Shown here in pieces: positions 26,791-36,900 of a stretch of DNA of 64,000 bases; within the stretch, counting starts at the first letter, position 1; every line of letters begins with the position of its first letter. The stretch comes from Candidatus Sericytochromatia bacterium (GTDB taxonomy: Bacteria > Cyanobacteriota > Sericytochromatia > S15B-MN24 > UBA4093): positions 64,001 to 128,000 of the forward strand of contig JAKFBU010000023.1 in assembly GCA_036676985.1 (NCBI GenBank), written 5' to 3'. Under the pieces are notes generated by a model. The model was not told where the DNA came from. It made no database searches and was given only the letters and a program-made list of their open reading frames with translations. The translations under genes and the position numbers were made by a program.

Positions 26791-27984
26791 ATGGCCCATC
26801 ATCTGAACCGAGCCTTCATCGTCGTCCTCGACGGCATGGGGGTGGGTGCGCTTCCGGACGCCCACAAGTTCGGCGACGAGCACGCCAATACTTTCGCCAA
26901 CTGCGCCAAGGCCGTTGGCGGCCTCAACCTTCCCAACCTCCAGAAGCTGGGCCTGGGCAACATCATCCCCATCGAGGGCGTGTCCCCCGTCGAGCGTCCC
27001 CTGGCGAGCTTCGGCAAGATGGCCGAAAAGTCGCCCGGCAAGGACACCACCACGGGCCACTGGGAGATGTCGGGCGTCATCCTCGATCACGCCTTCCCGG
27101 TCTTCCCCAAGTTCTCCGACGAGGTCATGGAGGAGTTCTGCCGCCAGACCGGCCGCGGCTACCTCGGCAACGTGCCGGCCTCGGGCACCGAGATCCTCAA
27201 GGAGCTCGGCGAGGAGCACATGAAGACCGGCAAGTGGATCGTCTACACCAGCGGCGACAGCGTCTTCCAGATCGCGGCCCACACGGACGTCGTGCCCCTC
27301 GAGGAGCTCTACGACGCCTGCAAGAAGGCCCGCAAGATCCTCGATCCCTTGCACGTGGGCCGCGTCATCGCGCGCCCCTTCTACGGCGAGCCGGGCAACT
27401 TCGAGCGCGACCAGGGGGCGCGGCATGACTACTCGGTGCCGCCCGAGGGCAAGACCCTCCTCGACTTCGCCCAGGAGGCGGGCCGGGAGGTCATCGGCAT
27501 CGGCAAGATCTACGACATCTTCGCCGGCCACGGCGTGACGCGCAGCCTGCCCACCGCCGCCAACGCGGAAGGCATCGAGAAGACCATCCAGATGGCCCAC
27601 GAGGCGCCGGACGGCAGCCTCGTCTTCAACAACCTGGTTGATACGGATTCCAAGTACGGTCACCGCAACAACCCGCAGGGCATGGCCGAGTGCCTCGCCG
27701 AGTTCGACGCGGGCCTGGGCCGGCTCTTGGAGGCCCTCAAGCCCGGGGACCTGCTCATCCTGAGCGCGGACCACGGCAACGAGGCGACGGACGTGTCCAC
27801 CGACCACACCCGCGAGTACGTCCCGCTCCTGGCCTACCAGCCGGGGGTGCCGGGCGTCGATCTCGGCATCCGCACGGGCTTCAGCGACATTGCCCAGACC
27901 ATCGCCACCGGCTGGGGTCTCCCGGTCGAGCTGCCGGGCGAGAGCTTCTGGCACCAGATGAGCCCGTCCCCCATCACCGCCTAG
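26791..27984 (+). CDS. deoB: Phosphopentomutase
   Basis: IVVLDGMGVG, GKDTTTGHWE, YTSGDSVFQIAAH, GRVIARPF, YGHRNN, ADHGN, DHTREYVP; ATG 26791 after RBS AAGGAG. Confidence 0.95.
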   Translation: MAHHLNRAFIVVLDGMGVGALPDAHKFGDEHANTFANCAKAVGGLNLPNLQKLGLGNIIPIEGVSPVERPLASFGKMAEKSPGKDTTTGHWEMSGVILDHAFPVFPKFSDEVMEEFCRQTGRGYLGNVPASGTEILKELGEEHMKTGKWIVYTSGDSVFQIAAHTDVVPLEELYDACKKARKILDPLHVGRVIARPFYGEPGNFERDQGARHDYSVPPEGKTLLDFAQEAGREVIGIGKIYDIFAGHGVTRSLPTAANAEGIEKTIQMAHEAPDGSLVFNNLVDTDSKYGHRNNPQGMAECLAEFDAGLGRLLEALKPGDLLILSADHGNEATDVSTDHTREYVPLLAYQPGVPGVDLGIRTGFSDIAQTIATGWGLPVELPGESFWHQMSPSPITA

Positions 27985-28011
27985 TCCCTGCTATTTAGGA
28001 GTTCAAGACAC

Positions 28012-28317
28012 ATGCCCGACATCAACGACCTCAAAGTCAGCGCCGAGAAGCTCGCCAAGGCCGCGGCCGAAACCGCCGAGCTGGGCGTCCAGGTGGCCCG
28101 CGAGCAGTTCCACACCCTGATCAAGGATCCGGAAGTGCGCCGCCGGATGGAGGAGGCCGAGCAGACCTTCGACAACCAGATGAAGGAAGTCTCGCGCCGG
28201 ATCGAGGATGGTGCGAACCAGATGTTCTCGATGTTCAACAGCCTGCTGCAGCAGCAGAAGGCCTCCGAGGAGGCCAAGGCCCCCGAGAGCACCGAGGGCG
28301 AAGCCAAGAAGGACTAG
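28012..28317 (+). CDS. Small helical hypothetical protein (101 aa)
   Basis: RBS AGGAG; amphipathic E/K/A/Q-rich helices; followed by a terminator. Confidence 0.75.
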   Translation: MPDINDLKVSAEKLAKAAAETAELGVQVAREQFHTLIKDPEVRRRMEEAEQTFDNQMKEVSRRIEDGANQMFSMFNSLLQQQKASEEAKAPESTEGEAKKD

Positions 28318-28329
28318 GATTTTGGTCCC

Positions 28330-28368
28330 AAGCCCCCCGGCTGAAGCCCGGGGGGCTTTCTTTTTTTC
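28330..28368 (+). terminator. Rho-independent terminator
   Basis: AAGCCCCCCGG-loop-CCGGGGGGCTT followed by a T-tract. Confidence 0.85.
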
Positions 28369-28369
28369 T

Positions 28370-28514
28370 AAGGAGGCCCCCCCGCCCCCCCCTCTAGAGG
28401 GGGGGAGGGATCATGGGATGGTGAAAGCGGGGCTGCTCCTTAGGATCTTGGGTTTGGCTTCCCCTCCCAAGAGCTTCCCCCCCTCTAGAGGGGGGGCTAG
28501 GGGGGGTCCTCCTT
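28370..28514. repeat. REP/REPIN- or MITE-like inverted doublet of palindromes
   Basis: Two copies of CCCCCCCTCTAGAGGGGGGG in roughly 37-bp inverted arms (AAGGAGG.CCCC..GCCCCCCCTCTAGAGGGGGGGA) around a spacer of about 70 bp. Confidence 0.7.
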
Positions 28515-28519
28515 GTTCC

Positions 28520-29971
28520 TCAAACCCGCAGCGGCACTTCCGCCCAGAGCCGCGCCGCCTCGTAGAGGTCCACGTACATGCACGCCTCGCGGCCCCACGA
28601 GTAGTCCGCCGCCATGCAGTTGACCACCAACCGCTGCCACATGGGCTTGTGATCGAAGACGAAGCGCGCATGCCGGATCGCCGCGAGCATGGCGTCGCTG
28701 TCGTACCGCTCGAACGTGAAGCCCGTGCCCTCCCCGTGCCGGGGATGGAACTCCTTGACCGTGTCCGCGAGCCCGCCGGTCGCCCGCACGATGGGCACCG
28801 TGCCGTAGCGCATGGCGATGAGCTGCCCCAGCCCGCACGGCTCGAAGCGCGACGGCATCAAAAGGGCGTCCGCGCCCGCGTAAATGCGCTGCGCGAGCAT
28901 GGTGTCGAAGCCGATCTGCCCGCGCACGTCCGGACTCTCGTCGAAGATCCGCAGGAACGTCAGCTCGTGCTCCTTTTGGCCCGAGCCCGTCACGGCGAAC
29001 TGGATGTCCATGTGGCTCCAGACCTCCGCCGACTCGTCCACCAGGTCGAAGCCCTTCTGATCCACCATGCGCGAGACGATGCCGATCAGCATGGTGCTGG
29101 GAGCCACCCGCAGCCCGAGCTCCTGCTGCAGGGCCGCCTTGCAGACCGCCTTGCCCGAGCGGTTGACGATGTTGTAATTCGCCCGGATGGACGGGTCGCT
29201 CGCCGGGTCGTAGCGATCGTAGTCCACGCCGTTCAGGATGCCCCAGAGGCGTTCGCTCCGGCTCCGCAACACGCCGTCGAGCCCCTCGCCGAAGGTCGGG
29301 TTCTGGATCTCCACGGCGTAGCGGGGGCTGACGGTGTTGATCATGTCCGCGTACACGATACCCGCCTTCATGCAGTTGACCTGGCCATAGTACTCCACGC
29401 CCCGGTGATGAAAGACCCGCCGGTCGATGCGCGCGAAGTCCAGGATCTCGGGCGGCACCGCGCCCTGGTAGGCCAGGTTGTGGATGGTGAAGACCGCCGC
29501 CATGTTCCGGAAGGCGGCATGGTCTTTCAGGGTATCGTTGACGAGCACCGGCAAGAGCCCCGTGTGCCAGTCGTTGGCGTGGATCACGTCCGGCTGGAAG
29601 TCGCCCTGGATGACGAACTCGGCCACCGCGCGGCAGAAGAAGGCGAACTGGAAGGCCTCGATGGAGTGGCCGTAGATGCGGCTCCGATTGCCGAAGTAGT
29701 AGCGGTTGTCCACGAAGTAGACGGGCACGTCGTCCAGGTGCCCCTCGTAGATGCGCGCCGCCTGGTCTCCGATGCCCGCAGGCACCGGCAGGGCCTCGTG
29801 CCGCACCTGCAGGTCGTAGCGCCCGGGATCGATGAAGCCGTAGCGCGGCAGGATGACCCGGGCGTCGTGCCCGAGGCGTCGCAAGGCCTTCGGCAGGGAG
29901 GCGGCCACGTCCGCCAGCCCGCCCGCCTTCGCAAAGGGCGCCATTTCCGCTGCCGCCAACAGGATCTTCAT
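28520..29971 (-). CDS. glgA: Glycogen synthase
   Basis: PFAKAGGLADV, IHANDWHT, FTIHNLAYQG, MPSRFEPCGL, GGLADTV. Confidence 0.96.
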   Translation of the reverse strand: MKILLAAAEMAPFAKAGGLADVAASLPKALRRLGHDARVILPRYGFIDPGRYDLQVRHEALPVPAGIGDQAARIYEGHLDDVPVYFVDNRYYFGNRSRIYGHSIEAFQFAFFCRAVAEFVIQGDFQPDVIHANDWHTGLLPVLVNDTLKDHAAFRNMAAVFTIHNLAYQGAVPPEILDFARIDRRVFHHRGVEYYGQVNCMKAGIVYADMINTVSPRYAVEIQNPTFGEGLDGVLRSRSERLWGILNGVDYDRYDPASDPSIRANYNIVNRSGKAVCKAALQQELGLRVAPSTMLIGIVSRMVDQKGFDLVDESAEVWSHMDIQFAVTGSGQKEHELTFLRIFDESPDVRGQIGFDTMLAQRIYAGADALLMPSRFEPCGLGQLIAMRYGTVPIVRATGGLADTVKEFHPRHGEGTGFTFERYDSDAMLAAIRHARFVFDHKPMWQRLVVNCMAADYSWGREACMYVDLYEAARLWAEVPLRV

Positions 29972-30069
29972 GCTTGCCCCCTCGCCACCCGTGCACGGCT
30001 CATGCTAGAAGCGCGGAGCGCGGCCCCGCAACAATCGGCGGGGGGTTGCGTCGAGGGTCGCCGTGCGGG

Positions 30070-31188
30070 CTACGACGGGGCGATCAGGCCTCGGGCCACG
30101 GAGACGGCGGCCCGGGCGTGATCCGGCAACGTGTCGGGGGCGATCGCCAGCACCCCGGGCTGATGCCGGCGGCGATACAGCCAGCTGCCCACGATCTGGA
30201 CCTCGTCCAGCTCCGCGCGGCCGATCCGGGAGCCGGGGGGCGCCGCCGTCACGAAGGACTGCTTCAGGAAGGCCCGCAGCTTGGCGGACGCCGTTCGATC
30301 CGAGATCTCGGCCTCCGAGAGCGTCAGCTGGCCCACCCAGCGGGCCCGCCGGATGGCGAGAAAGGTCGCGGCCGGGCCCGGATGGGCCGGCAGCACCACC
30401 AGGTAATCGAAGCCGTCCGCGGCGCTGAGACGGGCCTGGTGCTCCATGAGGCCGGTGAGGGCGCGCAGGCGATCGCGCAGGCGGGCGGCCCGCTCGAACT
30501 CGAAGCTCTCGCTCGCCGCGGTCATCTCGGCCCGCATGCGGGTGACGAGATCGCCCGGGTCCCCCTTGAGGACCGCCTCGAGCTGCCGGACCCCGTCCGC
30601 GTAGGCGGCATCCACCCGACCGGTACACGGCCCCGCGCAGCGCGCCAGGTCGAGCTGCAGGCATGGGCGTTCCGGCAAGACTGAGCAGGTGCGCAGGCCG
30701 AAGACGGGCTGCAGGTGCTCCAGGGCTTCGGTCAGATAGCTCGCGCTGTGAAAGGGACCGAAGTAGCGGGAGCCGTCCTCTTCGAGGACGCGGGTCACCA
30801 TGAGGCGCGGATACCGCTCGGCCGTCAGCTTGAGGAAGGGATAGTGCTCGTAGCGGCGCCCGCGCACGTTGTAGATGGGCTGGCGCTCCTTGATGAGCCT
30901 AGACTCCAGCAAGAGGGCCTCGAGCTCGGAGCCCGTGTGGTATACCTCGATGTGCTGGACCTCGCGCTTGAGGCGCTCGGTGCGCCGCGTGTGGCCGCCC
31001 CCTTTGCGGAAGTAGGAGCGGACGCGATCGCGCAGGTTGACGGACTTGCCGACGTAGAGCAAATGGCCCGGCTCGTCCGAGAAGAGGTAGACGCCGGGCG
31101 AGCAAGGGAGGGTTGCGATCGCATCAGGGCCAAGCGAGACCGCCCGGCCCTGGTATCTCACCCGACGTTGACCTTGGCGCGTTGCCAC
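30070..31188 (-). CDS. UvrC-like (Cho-type) GIY-YIG endonuclease with Cys cluster and UVR domain
   Basis: PGVYLF..LYVGKSVNLRDRVRSYF, SELEALLLE, YFGPF, C..C..C..PC, FERAARLRD. Lacks the UvrC RNaseH and HhH domains. Start is uncertain (overlaps mazG). Confidence 0.82.
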   Translation of the reverse strand: MATRQGQRRVRYQGRAVSLGPDAIATLPCSPGVYLFSDEPGHLLYVGKSVNLRDRVRSYFRKGGGHTRRTERLKREVQHIEVYHTGSELEALLLESRLIKERQPIYNVRGRRYEHYPFLKLTAERYPRLMVTRVLEEDGSRYFGPFHSASYLTEALEHLQPVFGLRTCSVLPERPCLQLDLARCAGPCTGRVDAAYADGVRQLEAVLKGDPGDLVTRMRAEMTAASESFEFERAARLRDRLRALTGLMEHQARLSAADGFDYLVVLPAHPGPAATFLAIRRARWVGQLTLSEAEISDRTASAKLRAFLKQSFVTAAPPGSRIGRAELDEVQIVGSWLYRRRHQPGVLAIAPDTLPDHARAAVSVARGLIAPS

Positions 31189-32600
31189 AGCGCCTCCATC
31201 TCGTCCAGGGAAAGCTCGGGGAAGCGGCCCTCGGCGAGGTGCTCCATCTCCTCGAAGCGGCGGCGGAAGCGGTGATTGGCCTGACGCAGGGCCTCCTCCG
31301 GGTCCACCTTGAGCTTGCGACCGAGGTTCGCCAGCGCGAAGAGCATGTCGCCGAGCTCGTGGGTCACGGCGTCCTGGCCCAGGTTGTCCCGGAGGGCCTC
31401 ACGCAGCTCGCCCACTTCCTCCTCGATCTTGTCGAGGACCTGGATGGCCTCGGGCCAGTCGAACTTGACGCGCGCGGCCTTGGCCTGGATCTTCTCGGCG
31501 ACCACCAGGGCGGGAAGGGCCGTGGTGACGCCCGCGAGGGCCGACTCGACCCGCTTTTCGGTCTGCTGGGCCTTCTCCTCGGCCTTGATCTCCTCCCAGT
31601 TCTTCAGCACCTCCTCGGTGCCCGAGACCTGGACCTCGCCGAAGACGTGCGGGTGCCGGCGGACGAGCTTGTCCGAGATGGCGTTGGAGACGTCCTGGAT
31701 GTCGAAGTCGCCCTGCTCCGAGAAGATCTGGGCCTGCAGCACGACTTGCAGCAACAGGTCGCCGAGCTCCTCCTCGATGGCGCCCACGTCGCCGGAGTCG
31801 ATGGCCTCGACCGTCTCGTAGGCCTCCTCGAGGACGAACTTGCGCAGGCTCTCGGGCGTCTGCTCGCGATCCCACGGGCAGCCGTCGGGGGCCCTCAGGC
31901 GCGCGATCACCTCCACCAGGCGCGGGAAGCCGGTGGGGGGGGCGGGCGGCAGGTAGAGGGTCGTGAGGTAGTCGACCCACTCGAGGCGGTCGATCTCATA
32001 GAGGGGCACCTCCGCGAGGCGCTCCTCGCCGGGCACGCCGGCGGCGCGCACGACCTTGACCTTGAAGTCGTCCGGCCAGGCGCGCATGAGGTGGAGCTTC
32101 ACGTCGTTGGCGATTTGCGGATTGTAGAGCTGGAGCACGATGGTGTGCCAGTCGGGCCGCAGATCGCGGCCCTCCAGGTCGAGCCCGTCCACCACCTGCA
32201 TGCCGTCGTTGGGATCGATGGCCAGCCGGCCGTAGAGGGCGTCGAGGGCGCTGAGCCCTGCGACGACCTCGATCCGGACGGCTTCCTGCTTGAGCAGGTG
32301 GCTGACGGTGTCCTCGGCCACCAGGGGGTGGCCCGGCACGGCGTAGACGATGTCCTGGGTCGCGGCCTCCGCCAGGAGGCGATCCGCGATCCGGCGGTAG
32401 ACCTCGGCGAACGAGGCTCCCTGCTGGTAGAGGGGGTCGAAGGACTCCCAGCGCAGGCCCCACTTGCGCATGGCGGCGGTGGTGGGGTGGATCTCGGTGC
32501 GCAGGAAGAGGCGTTTGGCACCCTCCAGGGTCTCGCGCGCCGCGAGGGTCATCTGGCCGGGATCGCCCGGCCCCAGGCCTACTACCGTGATGGTTCCCAT
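31158..32600 (-). CDS. mazG: YabN-type tetrapyrrole-methylase/MazG nucleotide pyrophosphohydrolase fusion
   Basis: ITVVGLGPG, YAVPGHPLVAE; LRAPDGCPWDREQT, EEAYE, EELGDLLLQV, RRHPHVF. Confidence 0.92.
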   Translation of the reverse strand: MGTITVVGLGPGDPGQMTLAARETLEGAKRLFLRTEIHPTTAAMRKWGLRWESFDPLYQQGASFAEVYRRIADRLLAEAATQDIVYAVPGHPLVAEDTVSHLLKQEAVRIEVVAGLSALDALYGRLAIDPNDGMQVVDGLDLEGRDLRPDWHTIVLQLYNPQIANDVKLHLMRAWPDDFKVKVVRAAGVPGEERLAEVPLYEIDRLEWVDYLTTLYLPPAPPTGFPRLVEVIARLRAPDGCPWDREQTPESLRKFVLEEAYETVEAIDSGDVGAIEEELGDLLLQVVLQAQIFSEQGDFDIQDVSNAISDKLVRRHPHVFGEVQVSGTEEVLKNWEEIKAEEKAQQTEKRVESALAGVTTALPALVVAEKIQAKAARVKFDWPEAIQVLDKIEEEVGELREALRDNLGQDAVTHELGDMLFALANLGRKLKVDPEEALRQANHRFRRRFEEMEHLAEGRFPELSLDEMEALWQRAKVNVG

Positions 32601-32619
32601 GGTGTCGCTGTTCTCTTAC

Positions 32620-33693
32620 TTAGTGGTTCTCGTGACCGGGGTGCGGCGGGTGATCGTCGGCCGCGGCCGACCCCGTCGCCTCCTTGGGCTCGTACTCGGG
32701 CTTGACGACGATCTTGGCGTCCTTCTTGAGGCCGTCCACGTACTTCTGGAAGGCGGTACCCCGCTCCTGACCCACGAGCTGCTCGCGGATCTGGGGCGTG
32801 ACCTCGGCGAGCGTCTCGGTGCGGGCCGGGCGGCGCTCACCACGCTTGATGAGATGGTAGCCGAAGTTGGTCTTGATGGGCTCGGAGACCTGCCCCTCCT
32901 TCATGCCGAAGGCGGCCTTCTCGAACTCGGGCACCATGCGGCCCTTGCCGAAGAAGCCCAGGCTGCCGCCCATCTCCTTGCTGCCGGGGTCCTCGGAGTT
33001 GGCCTTGGCGAGCTCCGCGAAGTCGGCGCCGCCCTTGAGCTTGGCCTGAAGCTCCTTGATCTTGGCGAGCGCGCGGGCCTCGTCTTTGGCCTTGTCCTTG
33101 GCGGCCTCGTCGAACTTGATGAGGATGTGGCTCGCGCTCACCTCTTCGGTATGGGTGAATTGGGCCTTGTTCTTGTTGTAGTACTCGGCCACCTGGGCGT
33201 CCGTGACCTGGAGGTCCTTGGTGGCTTCCTTCTGGAGCTTCTCGATGGCCACACCCTTGGTGACCTGGTCCTTGAGCTCCACCTCGGAGATGCCGAAGTC
33301 CTTGAGCGTCTTCTGGAAGGTGGCGTCGTCCGGGAACTGCTTCTTGATCTCGGCGAGCTTGGCGTCGATCTCGGGCTGCGTGGCCTTGAGGCCGCGCTTG
33401 TCCGCCTCCTGCAGGAGCAGCTCGCGCTCGGTCAGCTGCTGGATCACGCTCTTCTGGAGGCCGGCGAGCATCTGCTTGCCCTGGTCCGAGTTGAAGTCCA
33501 CGCCGAAGCGGCTCGAATATTGCTTCTTGGCTTGCTCGAGGGCCTTGTCGTATTCCTTGGTCGAGACCTTTTGGCCGTTGACCGTGGCGACGTAGGCGTC
33601 CTGGCCGAAGACCAGGTAGCTGCAGCCGGCGGATGCGGTGCCGATGACCAGCGCGGCCCCGAGCCCCACCCAGGCCTTCATGGAATTCTTCAA
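32620..33693 (-). CDS. prsA: PrsA/SurA-like parvulin peptidyl-prolyl isomerase lipoprotein
   Basis: TTG start after GAGGAG; lipobox SAG-C; VATVNG; [42 protein letters not shown]. Confidence 0.85.
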   Translation of the reverse strand: MKNSMKAWVGLGAALVIGTASAGCSYLVFGQDAYVATVNGQKVSTKEYDKALEQAKKQYSSRFGVDFNSDQGKQMLAGLQKSVIQQLTERELLLQEADKRGLKATQPEIDAKLAEIKKQFPDDATFQKTLKDFGISEVELKDQVTKGVAIEKLQKEATKDLQVTDAQVAEYYNKNKAQFTHTEEVSASHILIKFDEAAKDKAKDEARALAKIKELQAKLKGGADFAELAKANSEDPGSKEMGGSLGFFGKGRMVPEFEKAAFGMKEGQVSEPIKTNFGYHLIKRGERRPARTETLAEVTPQIREQLVGQERGTAFQKYVDGLKKDAKIVVKPEYEPKEATGSAAADDHPPHPGHENH

Positions 33694-33978
33694 CGTGATC
33701 TCCTCTTCTGGGGCGCTGGGGCGCCCGCTGCCAATCCCGTCATTGTACCGGATTCCCGGCCGCGGGACAAAAACCCGCCGCCCGGAGTCCCCGGCCGACA
33801 GCGCCGACGGATCCTAAACCCACGAACGACCCTTACTGTAACGAGTCACGCCTCGCCCGGAACTAGGCAAGCATGCCCAAGCCTCTTAGTGCGTTCGGCC
33901 GATGCCGGATCCGCTCAGCGCGATCGCCTGGCCCCCATGGAAATCGGGCCCGGGCGATGCCCGGGCCCGTCGGCGGTG

Positions 33979-36900
33979 CTACGCGGTGGCGAGGGCCCCG
34001 ACGGCGGCGTCGGCGAGCACGCCCAGGAGCTTTTCGACCAGGGAGAGCTGGTCCTCCGCGAGCATGCCCTCGCGGCTCGCCGAGAGCTCCGACTCCGTCC
34101 AGTGCCAGCGGGCCAAGGGCGCCTTGCCGAGGCTGAGGTCCGCCCAGCGCGAGCGCGGGATGGCGATCGCGACCCGCACCGACTTCGCATCCGAGCGCAC
34201 CGTCGGGATGCCGAGGTCCGTGGCCTTGAGGCGCAGCGCCACCACCCTCAGGAGGTTCTTGACGGGCTGGGGCGGAGGACCGAAGCGATCGCGCCACTCC
34301 TCGCCCAACAGCTCCAGCTCGCGCGCGGTCGAAACGCCCGCCAGGCGCTTGTACTGCTCCATCTTCAGGTGCGGGTCGGTCTCGAACCACTCGTCCGGCA
34401 GGTAGGCCGCGACGTTGAGGTCCACCACGGTGGGCTGGCGGTCGGTCTCGACCTCCTGACCCTGGAGCTCGGCGACGGCCTCCTCCAGGAGCTGCATGTA
34501 GAGGTCGTAGCCGACCGTGAGCATCTGGCCGTGCTGCTCGGCGCCGAGGATGTTGCCCACGCCCCGGATCTCCATGTCGCGCAGGGCGATCTGGTAGCCC
34601 GAGCCGAGGGCCGTGAACTGCTGCAAGGCTTCGAGGCGCTCGCGGCCCTCCTCAGTGAGCTGCTTGCCCGCCCGGTAGAAGCAGTAGCAGTAGGCCTTGG
34701 TGTCCGAACGGCCGACGCGCCCGCGGATCTGGTAGAGCTGCGCCAACCCCAGGCGCTCGGCGTCGTCGATGATCATGGTGTTGGCGTTGGGGATGTCGAG
34801 GCCCGACTCGATGATGGTCGTGGACACGAGTACGTCGTACTCGTGGTCCAGGAAGCTCAGCATGACGTCCTCGAGCTCGTGCTCGTTCATCTGGCCGTGG
34901 CCCACCACCACCCGCGCCTGCGGGACCAGCTCGGCGAGCTCCGCGGCGACCCGGTGGATCGAGTCGATGCGGTTGTGCAGGAAGAAGACCTGCCCGCCGC
35001 GCTCGAGCTCGTGCAGGATGGCCGTGCGGACGATCTCGGGGTCGTAGGGGCCGACCATGGTCTTGACCGGCTGCCGGTTCATGGGGGGCGTCGAGATGAG
35101 GCTCATGTCCCGGGCCCCCGACAGCGCCAGGTACAGGGTGCGGGGGATGGGCGTCGCGCTCATGGTGAGGACGTCGATGCTCGCCTTGAGGTGCTTGAGG
35201 CGCTCCTTGTGGGCCACGCCAAAGCGGTGCTCCTCGTCCACCACGAGCATGCCGAGATCCTTGAACTTCACGTCCTTGCTGAGCATGCGGTGGGTGCCGA
35301 TGACCAGGTCCACCCCGCCCGTCTCGAGCCCGCGCGTGATCTCCTTTTGCTCCTTCTGGGTCTTGAAGCGGCTCAGGAGGCCCATCTTGATGGGATAGGG
35401 CGCGAAGCGCTCGCGCAGGGTCTGGTAGTGCTGGTGCGCGAGCAGGGTGGTCGGTGCGAGCACCGCGACCTGCTTACCCGCCATGACGGCCTTGAAGACC
35501 GCGCGCAGCGCCACCTCGGTCTTGCCGAAGCCCACGTCCCCGCAGATGAGGCGGTCCATGGGGCGGCGCGACTCCATGTCGGCCTTGGTCTCGGCGATCG
35601 CCCGCAGCTGGTCGGGCGTCTCGGTGTACTGGAAGGCCTCCTCCATCTCGGACTGCCAGACGCTGTCCTCGGGATAGGCGTAGCCGGGCTGGGCCGCACG
35701 CTGGGCGTAGAGCTTGAGCAGATCCTCGGCGAGGTCCTGGACGCTCTTCTTGACGCGCTTCTTGACGTTCTCCCAGTCGGCGCCGCCCATCTTGTTGACG
35801 CGCGGCTTGGCCTCGTGGCTGCCGCGGTAGCGGTGCAGCAAGCCCAGCTGCTCGACGGGCACGTAGAGACGGTCCTCGCCCTGGTACTGGACGAGCAGGT
35901 ACTCGCGCTCCTGGTTGGAGATGCTCAGGCGCTTGAGGCCGAGGTATTGGCCGATGCCGTGCTTGGTGTGGACGACGAAGTCCCCGACCTTGAGCTCGGA
36001 CAGGTTCGCGATCTGGGGCCCGGCGTAAGGTTGGCGCTTGGGCGAGCGGGCGCCGGGGCGCTTTTGCCAGCCGAACAGCTCCGCGTCCGAGAGGACCTCG
36101 ATCCCGAGGCCGGGCCAGTTGAAGCCCGCGTTCAGGCTCTCGCGGACGATCCAGATGCCGCCCATGGGGAAGTTGGGGGTCGGCAGCCGTCCGCCGTAGC
36201 TCGCCGAGACCGAGCGCTCGTCCAGGATGGCCGCCACGCGCTGGGGCTGGGTGGAGGCGATGACGACCTTGCGGCCCTCGGCGACGGCCTCCTTGAGGGA
36301 GCTTGCGAGCTGGTCGAACTGGTTGCCGAAGCCGGGGGCCGCATGGGTCCCGAGGTCGGACTTGCCACGCTCGGAGCCGGGCGCCAGGTCGAGCTGGGCG
36401 TAGGGCTTGAGGGCGCCGGCGAGGTCGTCCCAGGAGATGTGCAGGGGGGCCGGCAGGGGCACGAGGTCGCCCGACTGGTAGCCCGCGTCGTAGCGCTGCT
36501 GGATCTCCGCGACCCAGCCCCGGTAGGCGGAGGCGATCGCCTTGTGATCCAGCCAGATCACGGGAGTCGCGCTCGGGATGTAGTCGAGGAAGGTGCCTAA
36601 TCCGCCGAAGAAGGGCGCGTAGTACTCGCAGCCCTCGAAGTACTGGAAGGTCCTGAGCTGCTCGAGGGCGGACTCGACCTTCTTCTGGAGCTTGGCGGCC
36701 TCGACGAGCTTCTTGCCGCCCATGAGCTGGTTGGCACGCTTCTGGGCGAAGCCGTACAGGCTCGCCTCGGCGTGCTGCCAGCCCTCGGTGGGCAGGATGA
36801 GCTCGCGGGTGGGCCACAGGCGCAGCACGTCCAGGTCCCCCACCGAGCGCTGGCTCGCCAGGTCGAACTCCTGAACGCGATCCACCTCGTCGCCGAACCA

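Noticed and set aside
25009-27984. Apparent 991-aa fusion ending in DeoB, and similar extended ORFs at 7558, 39078, 43602 and 15288-16646
   Set aside because: The N-terminal parts are off-frame read-through of neighbouring genes. RBS-supported starts lie at 26791, 7792, 39552, 45120 and 15776.
32464-36600. 1378-aa plus-strand ORF, and similar long antisense ORFs (669-2570, 2981-5362, 5790-8000, 50028-51971)
   Set aside because: These are shadow frames opposite well-supported genes, expected from high GC3 codon bias. They have no motifs or RBS.
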